From: a virus
Taxonomy: Duplodnaviria > Heunggongvirae > Uroviricota > Caudoviricetes
Strand: one strand, 5' to 3'
IMG/VR virus record: IMGVR_UViG_2923302340_000008
DNA length: 35,686 nucleotides
Below the pieces are notes generated by a model that made no database searches, was not told where the DNA came from, and was given only the letters and a program-made list of their open reading frames with translations. Position numbers and translations under genes: made by a program. How positions within the stretch are numbered: the first letter of the stretch is position 1; the number at the start of each line of letters is the position of its first letter. Shown here piece after piece: positions 1 through 8,159 of the stretch.

Positions 1-19
1 CTATTTGATAAATATTAAA

Positions 20-1315
20 TTAATTTTTTATTGCTTCATTATGGGGCATGGTTGGGGCAAACTCGCTTAACTGTGTATTTAACAAAGCTAGCTGTGCATT
101 ATTGTTTTCAGACATCCATTTTCCGTATACCTGAAATACCATTTGCGCATCTGCATGGCCCATCTGGTTTGCTATAAATGCCGGGTTGGCACCAGCTGTC
201 AGCGACCAGCAGGCATAAGTATGTCTCGACTGATATGATTTTCGATGGCGGAGTCCGGCACGTTTTATCGCTGCGTCCCACATCTGCCTTATTGAGTCAA
301 CGGTAAAATGGTCACCATAATTTTTTACTCTCGCTGACACTTCAGGTTGAAAAACAAAGGTGCATTTTTGTTTTTCTGTTCTGCCATACTCTCTGAGGTG
401 AACATCAATGATATGCTCTTTACTCAGTCTCGTTAATGTCATCTGACTCCGGAGAGCGTCGATTGCTGGCTTAATAAGATGAATGACCCGATTGGTTCCC
501 GCCTGTGTTTTTGGTACCGTGAAACGGTCTTTTGCTAAATTTCTCCTGATCATCATTGTTCCATTTTTCAGATCTATGTCCTCCCATCCAAGTGCACACA
601 GCTCACCAGGGCGAACGCCAGTATAAACAGAAACACACCATAAATTTTTTGCTTGCTGATTTCTGCACGCATCGATAAGACGGATAAATTCCTCCCGCGA
701 AAGAGGATCCGGAATGGTTCTTGATTCCTTTAATGGCGAGATCCCCTTAAACGGATTATCTGCCAGGTAACCGTTATCAACACCAAACTGGAACACGGCG
801 TTAAGATTTGTCATGTAATTATTTACAGTTACAGCCGATCTCCCTGGTTGTGTAACAATATAGTTACTTTTGGGGATCTGGTATCCAGTCAGTAGCTCTT
901 TACGAACCTCCAGTAATTTTTCTTTATTAATCGATGAGGCAAGATTTTTTTCACCGATTATGCTCAGGATATTTTTGATGACGGCACGGTATGTGTTGAG
1001 TGATGTTTTGGCGACTTCAGTTTCTTTCAGTGCCAGAAATTTTTCAGCCAGTTCTTTTATGGTTAAATCTTGTCGGGCCTCACCAAATTTTTCCAGATTG
1101 CGTGAGGAGGGAAACTGTTTTGCATAGTCGAAAACACCAGTTTTTATTGCGTAACAAACAGAGGAGCGTAGTTCACCTGCAACGCGCCTGTTTTTTGCTG
1201 TGTCAGGAACCCCCAGATTTTCCCTGACTCTTACGCCTTTATAAACAAACCAGATACGTAATTTCCCTCCATGGTTTTCCACGCCTGTCGGATATTTCAT
1301 TTCAACTTCTCTCAT
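20..1315 (-). CDS. int: Phage tyrosine integrase (site-specific recombinase)
   Basis: 431-aa ORF with a tyrosine-recombinase-like C-terminal region (…RHTYACWSLTAGANPAFIANQMGHADAQMVFQVYGKW…). It lies at the prophage end, downstream of an excisionase-like gene. An alternative start at the second Met (MKYPTG) is possible. Confidence 0.85.
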   Translation of the reverse strand: MREVEMKYPTGVENHGGKLRIWFVYKGVRVRENLGVPDTAKNRRVAGELRSSVCYAIKTGVFDYAKQFPSSRNLEKFGEARQDLTIKELAEKFLALKETEVAKTSLNTYRAVIKNILSIIGEKNLASSINKEKLLEVRKELLTGYQIPKSNYIVTQPGRSAVTVNNYMTNLNAVFQFGVDNGYLADNPFKGISPLKESRTIPDPLSREEFIRLIDACRNQQAKNLWCVSVYTGVRPGELCALGWEDIDLKNGTMMIRRNLAKDRFTVPKTQAGTNRVIHLIKPAIDALRSQMTLTRLSKEHIIDVHLREYGRTEKQKCTFVFQPEVSARVKNYGDHFTVDSIRQMWDAAIKRAGLRHRKSYQSRHTYACWSLTAGANPAFIANQMGHADAQMVFQVYGKWMSENNNAQLALLNTQLSEFAPTMPHNEAIKN

Positions 1316-1334
1316 TAGTTAGTGTGGCTTTTAG

Positions 1335-1586
1335 TCAAGTAAGATGACGTCTTGGTCTTGCTGATGCCTGGCGCTCAATCCAGCGATCAATTTCTTCCAG
1401 GTTGTAAAAGCATGGACTGTTATCCCATGGCATACCGTCATGAGCGACATGCTTATATTCCCTTCCTTCCATAAACGATTTTTCCCGGGCCTTTTTTAAC
1501 GTACCTTTTTTTATTCCTTTCAGCGCAATTAACTGCTCTTCGGATACCCATTTGCCGGGAGAGACAATCATGATTACTTCGCTCAT
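1335..1586 (-). CDS. xis: Excisionase-like small DNA-binding protein
   Basis: 83-aa basic ORF immediately upstream of and co-directional with int, the classic xis position. The family is not identifiable by eye. Confidence 0.55.
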   Translation of the reverse strand: MSEVIMIVSPGKWVSEEQLIALKGIKKGTLKKAREKSFMEGREYKHVAHDGMPWDNSPCFYNLEEIDRWIERQASARPRRHLT

Positions 1587-1658
1587 CGATTTCTTTATCT
1601 CTTACATCAGACGAGCGCCGGTTGCAGAATACCAGTCACAACCGGCGACAGTTGAACA

Positions 1659-4130
1659 TTAAGAATCAGCCTGACTCGGGATCAGTTTTTGCCAGATAAC
1701 TGAAACGTATTTTGCCTGGTAACGGGCGTCATCAAGTGCATTATGGCGCTCACCTTCGAATGGAATAGCCGTTCTGGCATCGAAGTCTATGGCTTTCCCC
1801 AGCTCAACGATTGTGCGTACATCGCGATCGTTGTAGTAACGCCACGGACAGGGGATCCCCTGCCGTTCGTATGAACGGCGCAAAATCGTGTTGTCGAAGT
1901 TGGCTCCATTTCCCCAGACCTGAACAAAAAATTCACCGGAGTTTTCGTCGATAAATTCCCGCAATTGTAACAGTGCATCATCTAACGGGATTTCATCGGT
2001 CATAATGGCAGATTGCGCTTCGCGTGATTGCTTAAGCCACCATTTAATGGTGTCCCGATCAATGACTCCGCCAGCAGTTTCCAGATCGATAGTCTTACTA
2101 AATTCCGGTCCCATATCTCCGGTTTGCGGATCGAAAAATATTGCACCTATTGAGATGATCGGGGCATCAGGATTTTTTCCCATGGTTTCAAGGTCGATCA
2201 TTAGATGGTCACACGTCCTGCTGGTGGATGTGATTTCGTGATGACCGTTCACCTTAATTGAGTGATCTGCCGTCTCGCCAGTTTCATTATCGCTATCGTG
2301 ATGCTGATTGCCGCCAGTGTTCTCCTTGTGTGGATGTTCAGCGCCTTCCATTTCCTTCGGATCATCTTCCTGAACTTCAACCTGATACTCTTCATCGAAT
2401 GTTTCCTGGTATGTTGCGTCGCCCATCACCGCGCCACAATCAGGGCAGTTGCCGCCGCCGGTCTGACCGCAGGCGGTGCAGACTTTTTCCACTTCCTGTT
2501 GCGCCACTGGTTCAGGCTGTTTCGTTTCTGGCTCGTTTTGTAACGCATTTGGGCTGTTTTGTTCCGCTTTTTGGTAGTTCCGTTCCGATTCATGCTGGTT
2601 CTGGTTCACAGAATCGCGGGTCTGGATCCCCTTAACCCATTTCGGATCATTCGGGTCACTAATCCCTTCAACAAATTCACCACGTGATGCAGCAAGCAAC
2701 TTATCGGCGTCAGGCTGGCTGATATTGGCTGCCTGCATAATTTTGTTTACTTCGTCAGCGGTAACTTTTATCGGTTCTGGTTGTTCTGAATCTTCAGCGG
2801 TATCTACATTTTGCGGTAAGCCCGTGTATGTGCCATTTTTTCGGGCAAAATATTCTTCTTTAGTGATTTCAGTGGCGCCAGCAGCCAGTGCCTTATCCAG
2901 ACCAGAAAGTTTGTTTGCGCGACCGTATTTTTCTCCGTCCTTATCTGCGAAGAGGAAATAGAACGGCCCCTCACGCTCTACAGATGGTTCAGCTTCCGGC
3001 GCGGTTTCATTTTTTGGGATATCAGATACCTCAGTTTCCACTGCATCAGTTTGTGTTTCTGATGACTGGAGAACATCAACAGTGCCCAGGTCTGTTTCTT
3101 CATTCTCAAACACGCCCTTTGTCGTCAGGTATTCAGTAATGTATTTGTTCAGTGCCACAGGGTCTTTGTGAATGTCGATCGGACGTTCACGGACAAGGCC
3201 AAAAATAGTCTGGCGGTCGTAGCGAAGGGCATCAGGCTGTTTGCGCATTGATGCCGAGATACGCTTCCAGTCTTCACGGTCGTTGTCGATAACTTCATTT
3301 TTTGCCCAGCGATGGATGCTGCCGTCAATGTTTCCGGCATCCACATCACCAGGCCAGAGAGCGTAGGCCAGTTCGTCATCCAGTGTTTTCCATGTCTGCT
3401 TGTATTCGCGATGAATGGCAGCAATGACCGGGCTGAGTTTTCCTGTTGAATTTTCAGTGTGCTGTTGATTGGCTCTGGCGCGGGCGAGATCAACAACAGA
3501 CGTGTATTTTCCGGTTTCCTTGCGTTCACCTTCGCGACGTTTTTTCCAGATGCGCATCTCTGCCTGAATTTCGGGCCATTTGGCACCTGGCTTACATTTA
3601 TGCTTAACCCACCCGATGGCATGCAGCTTAAGCTCCGGATACATGGCGTTAACTTCTGGCATTTTCATCAACGCTTCAACGATATGTCCGTCGAATGTTG
3701 CCATGTCTTCCTGCAACAGTTCCTGCGCGCTAATCACCATATCAACGGTGATGTTTTCACATGTGTCGAACTTAACCATGACAGCGTTCTGTACTTCAGG
3801 GGCCAGCTTGTCAAAAGTGACGTTTATCGGATCTGATTCAGTCTCAACCGGGACAAAGGAAGCAGACTCCTCATCCCAGCGGTTTTCCTGCATATATTCA
3901 GCATCCCAGGAATCGAGGGCAGGGCGGGGTATGTCAGGTTTATCCTCGCAGACAATAAATTTATAAGCGCAGTCCTGAGCAGCCGTATAATGTTCCAGGA
4001 ACTGCCAGTGAAATTTTGCTCGAGCACGGCGTTCGTCGCCAGCTTCAATGGCTGTGGCTACAGCCACAGCGCCTTCTTCCCTTGTTGCCAGTTCGTCAGG
4101 AATAGCGGCGCAAATAAAGACTTTACTCAT
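1659..4130 (-). CDS. Phage exonuclease with C-terminal DnaQ-like (DEDDh) 3'-5' exonuclease domain and internal Cys4 zinc ribbon
   Basis: 823-aa ORF. The C-terminus carries DLETMG…GNGANFD…HNALDDARYQAKY motifs typical of DEDDh exonucleases. A CTACGQTGGGNCPDCG zinc-ribbon lies mid-protein. A GAGG RBS lies about 10 nt upstream. It occupies the exo position of the leftward early operon. Confidence 0.75.
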   Translation of the reverse strand: MSKVFICAAIPDELATREEGAVAVATAIEAGDERRARAKFHWQFLEHYTAAQDCAYKFIVCEDKPDIPRPALDSWDAEYMQENRWDEESASFVPVETESDPINVTFDKLAPEVQNAVMVKFDTCENITVDMVISAQELLQEDMATFDGHIVEALMKMPEVNAMYPELKLHAIGWVKHKCKPGAKWPEIQAEMRIWKKRREGERKETGKYTSVVDLARARANQQHTENSTGKLSPVIAAIHREYKQTWKTLDDELAYALWPGDVDAGNIDGSIHRWAKNEVIDNDREDWKRISASMRKQPDALRYDRQTIFGLVRERPIDIHKDPVALNKYITEYLTTKGVFENEETDLGTVDVLQSSETQTDAVETEVSDIPKNETAPEAEPSVEREGPFYFLFADKDGEKYGRANKLSGLDKALAAGATEITKEEYFARKNGTYTGLPQNVDTAEDSEQPEPIKVTADEVNKIMQAANISQPDADKLLAASRGEFVEGISDPNDPKWVKGIQTRDSVNQNQHESERNYQKAEQNSPNALQNEPETKQPEPVAQQEVEKVCTACGQTGGGNCPDCGAVMGDATYQETFDEEYQVEVQEDDPKEMEGAEHPHKENTGGNQHHDSDNETGETADHSIKVNGHHEITSTSRTCDHLMIDLETMGKNPDAPIISIGAIFFDPQTGDMGPEFSKTIDLETAGGVIDRDTIKWWLKQSREAQSAIMTDEIPLDDALLQLREFIDENSGEFFVQVWGNGANFDNTILRRSYERQGIPCPWRYYNDRDVRTIVELGKAIDFDARTAIPFEGERHNALDDARYQAKYVSVIWQKLIPSQADS

Positions 4131-4223
4131 TTTGTTTTAACCTCATGACAGATTTAAGGATGAACAAATCCCTGCCATTGCTGGCATATAAGAATGAAAC
4201 CGGATATTTATTACGGAACTGTT

Positions 4224-4415
4224 TTAAAGACCTGCCGGGATTTCGATATTATCCTGGTGAATAACTTTATCGACCGGGTAACAGTTACCGGGAATTTTCT
4301 GTTCGGTTGCTGCAGTCATACACTCCTGCATTGTCCTGTGAACACTGACTGCAATATCAACTGGCTCTCCGGAAACAAGAAAAACTGTCAGAACAAGCGC
4401 AAATGCTGAATTCAT
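4224..4415 (-). CDS. ydfD: YdfD-like small lysis protein with N-terminal hydrophobic segment
   Basis: 63-aa product (MNSAFALVLTVFLVSGEPVD…) immediately downstream of dicB, with its start overlapping the dicB stop. Length and position match Qin ydfD. Confidence 0.7.
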   Translation of the reverse strand: MNSAFALVLTVFLVSGEPVDIAVSVHRTMQECMTAATEQKIPGNCYPVDKVIHQDNIEIPAGL

Positions 4416-4600
4416 TGTGCACATCCTTTTGGCATCAGACGTAAACGAGCCAGCATTGAAACAATGCATATTTTATTTAATAGCTCCCGTTCTTGTTTTC
4501 TCTTGTTAATGGCATCTTCAGTAAATACAGGGTTACTGATAGTGACACCAATTTCAAAACAACCTTCAGACGTATTAACGTTTGGTAATAACGTTTTCAT
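4412..4600 (-). CDS. dicB: Cell division inhibitor DicB
   Basis: 62-aa product MKTLLPNVNTSEGCFEIGVTISNPVFTEDAINKRKQERELLNKICIVSMLARLRLMPKGCAQ matches recalled DicB nearly residue for residue. A GAGGA RBS lies 8 nt upstream. dicF lies immediately upstream. Confidence 0.85.
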   Translation of the reverse strand: MKTLLPNVNTSEGCFEIGVTISNPVFTEDAINKRKQERELLNKICIVSMLARLRLMPKGCAQ

Positions 4601-4771
4601 TATCGCGTCCTCAACAATGAATTTTGTGATGCAGTGCCTGGTGCCTCCAGGTGACGTTAACCAGTTAACAATTAACGCCGGATACAGAGAATCCACCCAT
4701 AACACTGTTTTTGGTTTTAACTGTTCCGCGTGCGCTTAGCCGCATTCACCGCATCACAAAATTCACTTTAA

Positions 4772-4827
4772 AAACGGCGGCAGAGCAGTCACGGAGTAAA
4801 ACTGATACCGCCAAACGTCACCAGAAA
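4772..4827 (-). ncRNA. dicF: DicF small regulatory RNA (ftsZ translation inhibitor)
   Basis: The reverse complement of 4776..4827 reads TTTCTGGTGACGTTTGGCGGTATCAGTTTTACTCCGTGACTGCTCTGCCGCC, matching the recalled about 53-nt DicF sequence. A GGCGG…CCGCC stem and a U-tract follow. It sits directly upstream of dicB as in Qin. Confidence 0.85.
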
Positions 4828-5102
4828 ATTGATAACAGAGGGCGTTGCAGCGGGGTTGTCACTTAAGCGTATGGTTAACCTGACAACTCGGTGTCCTCAA
4901 CGGGGAAGGAATAACCCCGCCATACTTACCGCCGCGCCATTTCGCGGGTTGCCACAACCGGAAGCGCACGGTCGAATTAAATTTAACGACACCGTACAGT
5001 GAGACGAACTTCGCCGTGCGCTTTCGTGTTGTGTGCCTGCTTTTAACCACGTCAGGCGAGGTGGTATCCTTCTTATCCCGAATAACCAAGAAGGAAATCT
5101 AT

Positions 5103-5303
5103 ATGACTAAAGAAGAATTTGTCTCTTATATTTTTGATAAAACGGTTGAAATGTATGCCGCTACTTACGGGTCCTGTAATCCTCTGAATAAACCAGAGGG
5201 GAAAGATGATTTCGACAAAATTTACCGCTTCTTGGAGGATCGCTATATCAAAAGGTTAGAGGACGCAGGGATCAAATCCCCAGTGAAGTCACCATTGTCC
5301 TGA
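5103..5303 (+). CDS. Hypothetical 66-aa protein encoded on the strand opposite to the dicB operon
   Basis: ATG preceded by a strong RBS (AAGAAGGAAAtctatATG). Codon composition is protein-like. No recognisable family. Confidence 0.4.
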   Translation: MTKEEFVSYIFDKTVEMYAATYGSCNPLNKPEGKDDFDKIYRFLEDRYIKRLEDAGIKSPVKSPLS

Positions 5304-5649
5304 GAACTTGCAGGACGTCATGATCGTAACTTCCATCCAAACCGCGACGGCAAATTGCTTCTCGTATTACCGGAAGCAGTTCGCTGGAAATCTCGGTGCA
5401 TATTTCACCTGCTAATACGCCTGGTTCAAGTGAGAATATTGGTGAACTTACGGTCTTGGTCTCGACAGTTTCAGAGTCAGTGCCAACATTATAAAGCTCA
5501 ACGAAAGCGGTCTTGATTTTCCGGGCCAGATCTTTTGCTGGCTCGCTTGCAATATCTTTCCCGATTTCTCGCAGCACAGAATGCAATGTATGAGCTGCTG
5601 TTTTCTGTACATCAGACGGTAAATCTTTAAATTCCATCGTCAGCCTCAT
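5272..5649 (-). CDS. Hypothetical 125-aa protein of the dicB operon
   Basis: Its start overlaps the ydfA-like stop (TGATG), suggesting translational coupling. Composition is protein-like. Family unknown. Confidence 0.5.
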   Translation of the reverse strand: MRLTMEFKDLPSDVQKTAAHTLHSVLREIGKDIASEPAKDLARKIKTAFVELYNVGTDSETVETKTVSSPIFSLEPGVLAGEICTEISSELLPVIREAICRRGLDGSYDHDVLQVLRTMVTSLGI

Positions 5650-5801
5650 CAGTCAGTGTTTCTGGCTAACCAGCAACGCGCGCCAGATTCGGTTTTAAAC
5701 GTTTTGCTTTTGGTATATGTCATCGCGGTGAACGTACCGTCCTGGTTGGGGAACACGCCACATACCAGAGATTCGCTGTTGCCAAGATCGATAGTATCCA
5801 T
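5649..5801 (-). CDS. ydfA: YdfA-like small protein (first gene of dicB operon)
   Basis: 50-aa product MDTIDLGNSESLVCGVFPNQDGTFTAMTYTKSKTFKTESGARCWLARNTD resembles recalled Qin YdfA. It lies downstream of the dicA-like gene. Confidence 0.6.
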   Translation of the reverse strand: MDTIDLGNSESLVCGVFPNQDGTFTAMTYTKSKTFKTESGARCWLARNTD

Positions 5802-5914
5802 GCTGACCTCATTTCCCCTTAACGCCGGGGTAGCGGAACTGTTTGCTGAGAACACCGTGCGGTGTGTTGATGGAGGTGATTTGGTTTTCTCATTGTTTTT
5901 CGTCAAGGTTTTTT

Positions 5915-5936
5915 GATGAGAAAACTCAAGTATTGG
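5915..5936. promoter_or_regulatory. Candidate DicA operator in the dicB-operon promoter region
   Basis: gaTGAGAAAACTCAAgTATTGG is a near-exact copy of the site at 6450..6470. It contains the inverted repeat TGAG-aaaa-CTCA. It lies between the dicA stop and the ydfA start. Confidence 0.5.
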
Positions 5937-5993
5937 CGCAAGATAAAGCCAATACATTGAAATGTAAGGCTTTAAAATTTTGTGAAGGGATGA

Positions 5994-6401
5994 TTATTGA
6001 TGCTTGTTGCGTTTGCGAGCCTCTAATAGCTCGGTGAACAGGCGATTAAAATTCTCAACGCGGGCGCGGAGTTCGCTGAGTTGTGCTTGTTGCTCTGATT
6101 TAGGAAGTGCGCGATACAAACGCAGCATCTCTAACTCATCTTCCGATAAGTCTAAGGCACTATCGAGTGAAACAGGGGGAGCTGGTGTTTTGTCCTCGTC
6201 GCCAAACAGTATCCAGGTTGGTGAACATTGCAATACCTCGGCGAGGCGATGCAAATTTTGCCCGCGCGGGGCTGTATGGTCACTTTCCCATAATGAAATT
6301 GATGAGCCAGATACGCCAGCAGCTTTGCTTAAACCGTTTTGACTTAAGCCTACCTGCTTACGTCTTTCTCTAATGCGTTGACCTAAAGTTTTCTCGTTCA
6401 T
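5994..6401 (-). CDS. dicA: DicA-like HTH (XRE-family) repressor
   Basis: 135-aa product from MNEKTLGQRIRERRKQVGLSQ… with an N-terminal HTH and the motif LQCSPTWILFGDEDK recalled from DicA. It is divergent from the dicC-like gene. Confidence 0.8.
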   Translation of the reverse strand: MNEKTLGQRIRERRKQVGLSQNGLSKAAGVSGSSISLWESDHTAPRGQNLHRLAEVLQCSPTWILFGDEDKTPAPPVSLDSALDLSEDELEMLRLYRALPKSEQQAQLSELRARVENFNRLFTELLEARKRNKHQ

Positions 6402-6449
6402 ATTTAGATATCTTAATAACCCTTGACTTGAGATTCCTTGAGTGATTAG

Positions 6450-6470
6450 CATTGAGAAAACTCAATATTG
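6450..6470. promoter_or_regulatory. Candidate DicA/DicC operator in the divergent intergenic region
   Basis: atTGAGAAAACTCAAtATTGG with inverted repeat TTGAG-aaaa-CTCAA. It overlaps a putative dicC promoter (TTGACT at 6423..6428) and lies just upstream of the dicC RBS. Confidence 0.5.
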
Positions 6471-6478
6471 GAGGTGCG

Positions 6479-6706
6479 ATGTTTAAATCAGACGTAATTA
6501 ATTTTTACGGTACGAAAGCCAAAGTAGCGAAAGCTGCTGGCGTTGACCCATCTGCTGTTTCTCAATGGCAAGAGCTGGTTCCTGAAGGTCGCGCGATGCG
6601 TCTACAGGAGGCATCTGGCGGCGAGCTTCTGTATGATCCCAAGGTTTATGACGAATATCGTAAGACGAAGCGGGCGGGGCGGTTGAACAATGAAAATCAC
6701 TCCTGA
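6479..6706 (+). CDS. dicC: DicC-like Cro-type regulator
   Basis: 75-aa product with C-terminus …LVPEGRAMRLQEASGGELLYDPKVYDEYRKTKRAGRLNNENHS as recalled for DicC. GGAGG RBS. Divergent from dicA. Confidence 0.75.
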   Translation: MFKSDVINFYGTKAKVAKAAGVDPSAVSQWQELVPEGRAMRLQEASGGELLYDPKVYDEYRKTKRAGRLNNENHS

Positions 6707-7211
6707 ACAGGCTCGTGAGGCTCTGGATGCTTGGATATGTCGACCAGGAATGACACAGGAGCAGGCGACGATATTAATCACTGAAGCATTCTGGGCTTTG
6801 AAAGAGCGCCCGAACATCGATGTTCAGCGTGTCACAGATGAAGGTGGCGCGGTTGATCAGCGAGCGCTTGGCGTTAATCGAGTGAAGATATTCGAACGCT
6901 GGAAGGCTATCGACACCAGGGATAAGCGTGAAAAGTTCACGGCGCTAGTGCCTGCAATTATGGAGGCTATCCGGATTAATGATTTCAGGTTGTATCGTGA
7001 AATTAGTGACGGAAAAAGCATCACGTACATGATCGCCGGGTTAAACAAAGAATATGGCGATGTGGTGGAGTCCGGACTGCTTTTTGCTGATCCTGCCGTA
7101 GTGGATCGTGAAACTGACGAACTTATAGAAAAAGCAATTGCTTTCAAACTTGCGTATCGACAGCAATACCAACAAAAAGCTGGATGGAATTATGAGCCTT
7201 CTTTTTGCTGA
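6690..7211 (+). CDS. Phage early-region protein of unknown function
   Basis: 173-aa ORF beginning inside the dicC 3' end and co-directional with it, upstream of the replication gene. No recognisable motifs. Confidence 0.5.
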   Translation: MKITPEQAREALDAWICRPGMTQEQATILITEAFWALKERPNIDVQRVTDEGGAVDQRALGVNRVKIFERWKAIDTRDKREKFTALVPAIMEAIRINDFRLYREISDGKSITYMIAGLNKEYGDVVESGLLFADPAVVDRETDELIEKAIAFKLAYRQQYQQKAGWNYEPSFC

Positions 7212-8157
7212 ACGCCCACTGGTTATAAACACACAGCTTGCGATGAAGATTGGCTTAAATGAAGCCATTGTGTTGCAGCAGTTGCATTACTGGTTGAGAG
7301 ATACCAATTCCGGCATGGAATGTGATGGTGTTCGCTGGATTTACAACACAACGGAACAATGGCTGGAACAGTTCCCATTCTGGTCAGAGTCAACGTTAAA
7401 GCGCGCGTTTGCAAGTCTGAAAACGCTGGGGCTTTTGCGTTGTGAAAAGCTCAATAAATCAAAGCGCGATATGACCAATTTCTACACGATTAACTATGGG
7501 AGCGAGCTTTTAGATGATGGCAAATTGAGCGAATCCATCGGTTCAAAATGCGCCGCTCCATCAGGTCAAAATGACACGATGGAAGAGGTCAAAATGAAAC
7601 GCTCCATTGGTTCAAAACGACCCAATGTCATCGGGTCAAAATGGCCTGATGATCTTACAGAGAATACAACAGAGATTACTACAGAGAATAAAAACACTTT
7701 TCGTCCGGAAGCTTCGCAATCGGACCCGCAGACAGCTGAACAGAATTATTTAACCCAATATCCTGACGCGGTGGTTTTCAGTGCTAAAAAACGTCAGTGG
7801 GGGAATCAGGAGGATTTGGCGTGTGCGCAATGGATCTGGGCACGAATCGTGAGCCTTTACGAACAGGCCGCCAGTGATGATGGCGAGATCATGCGACCAA
7901 AAGAGCCTAACTGGACTGCCTGGGCTAATGACGTGCGCACAATGCGGATGCTGGATGGCAGAAGCCATAAACAAATTTGCGAAATGTTTGGTCGGGTTCA
8001 GCGAGATCCATTCTGGGTAAAAAACATCATGAGCCCTTCAAAGCTCCGCGAAAAATGGGATGAACTGGTCATTCGCCTGGGGCGTTCACCTGTACAGCGT
8101 TGTGTGAATCATATTTCTGAGCCGGACAGCGAAATTCCACCGGGATTCAGGGGGTAG
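7192..8157 (+). CDS. Replication initiation / replisome-organizer-like protein with N-terminal HTH
   Basis: 321-aa product. The N-terminal region (NTQLAMKIGLNEAIVLQQLHYWL) is HTH-like. Repeated SIGSK/VIGSK peptides are encoded by an internal iteron array, analogous to ori inside lambda O. Confidence 0.65.
   Translation: MSLLFAERPLVINTQLAMKIGLNEAIVLQQLHYWLRDTNSGMECDGVRWIYNTTEQWLEQFPFWSESTLKRAFASLKTLGLLRCEKLNKSKRDMTNFYTINYGSELLDDGKLSESIGSKCAAPSGQNDTMEEVKMKRSIGSKRPNVIGSKWPDDLTENTTEITTENKNTFRPEASQSDPQTAEQNYLTQYPDAVVFSAKKRQWGNQEDLACAQWIWARIVSLYEQAASDDGEIMRPKEPNWTAWANDVRTMRMLDGRSHKQICEMFGRVQRDPFWVKNIMSPSKLREKWDELVIRLGRSPVQRCVNHISEPDSEIPPGFRG
7537..7644. repeat. Iteron array (candidate replication origin) inside the replication initiator gene
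   Basis: Five copies of a GG(T)TCAAAA(T/C)G motif spaced about 23-24 bp apart, at 7540, 7564, 7587, 7609 and 7633. Confidence 0.6.
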
Positions 8158-8159
8158 GT

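Noticed and set aside
2005-3966. Multiple plus-strand ORFs of 78-128 aa inside the exonuclease gene
   Set aside because: They are antisense to a well-supported 823-aa coding sequence. They lack RBSs and have biased, low-complexity composition.
6452-6478. Upstream TTG-initiated extension of the dicC-like ORF (MRKLNIGGAMF…)
   Set aside because: The extension covers the operator and RBS. The ATG at 6479 has a GGAGG RBS and gives a product of the length expected for DicC.
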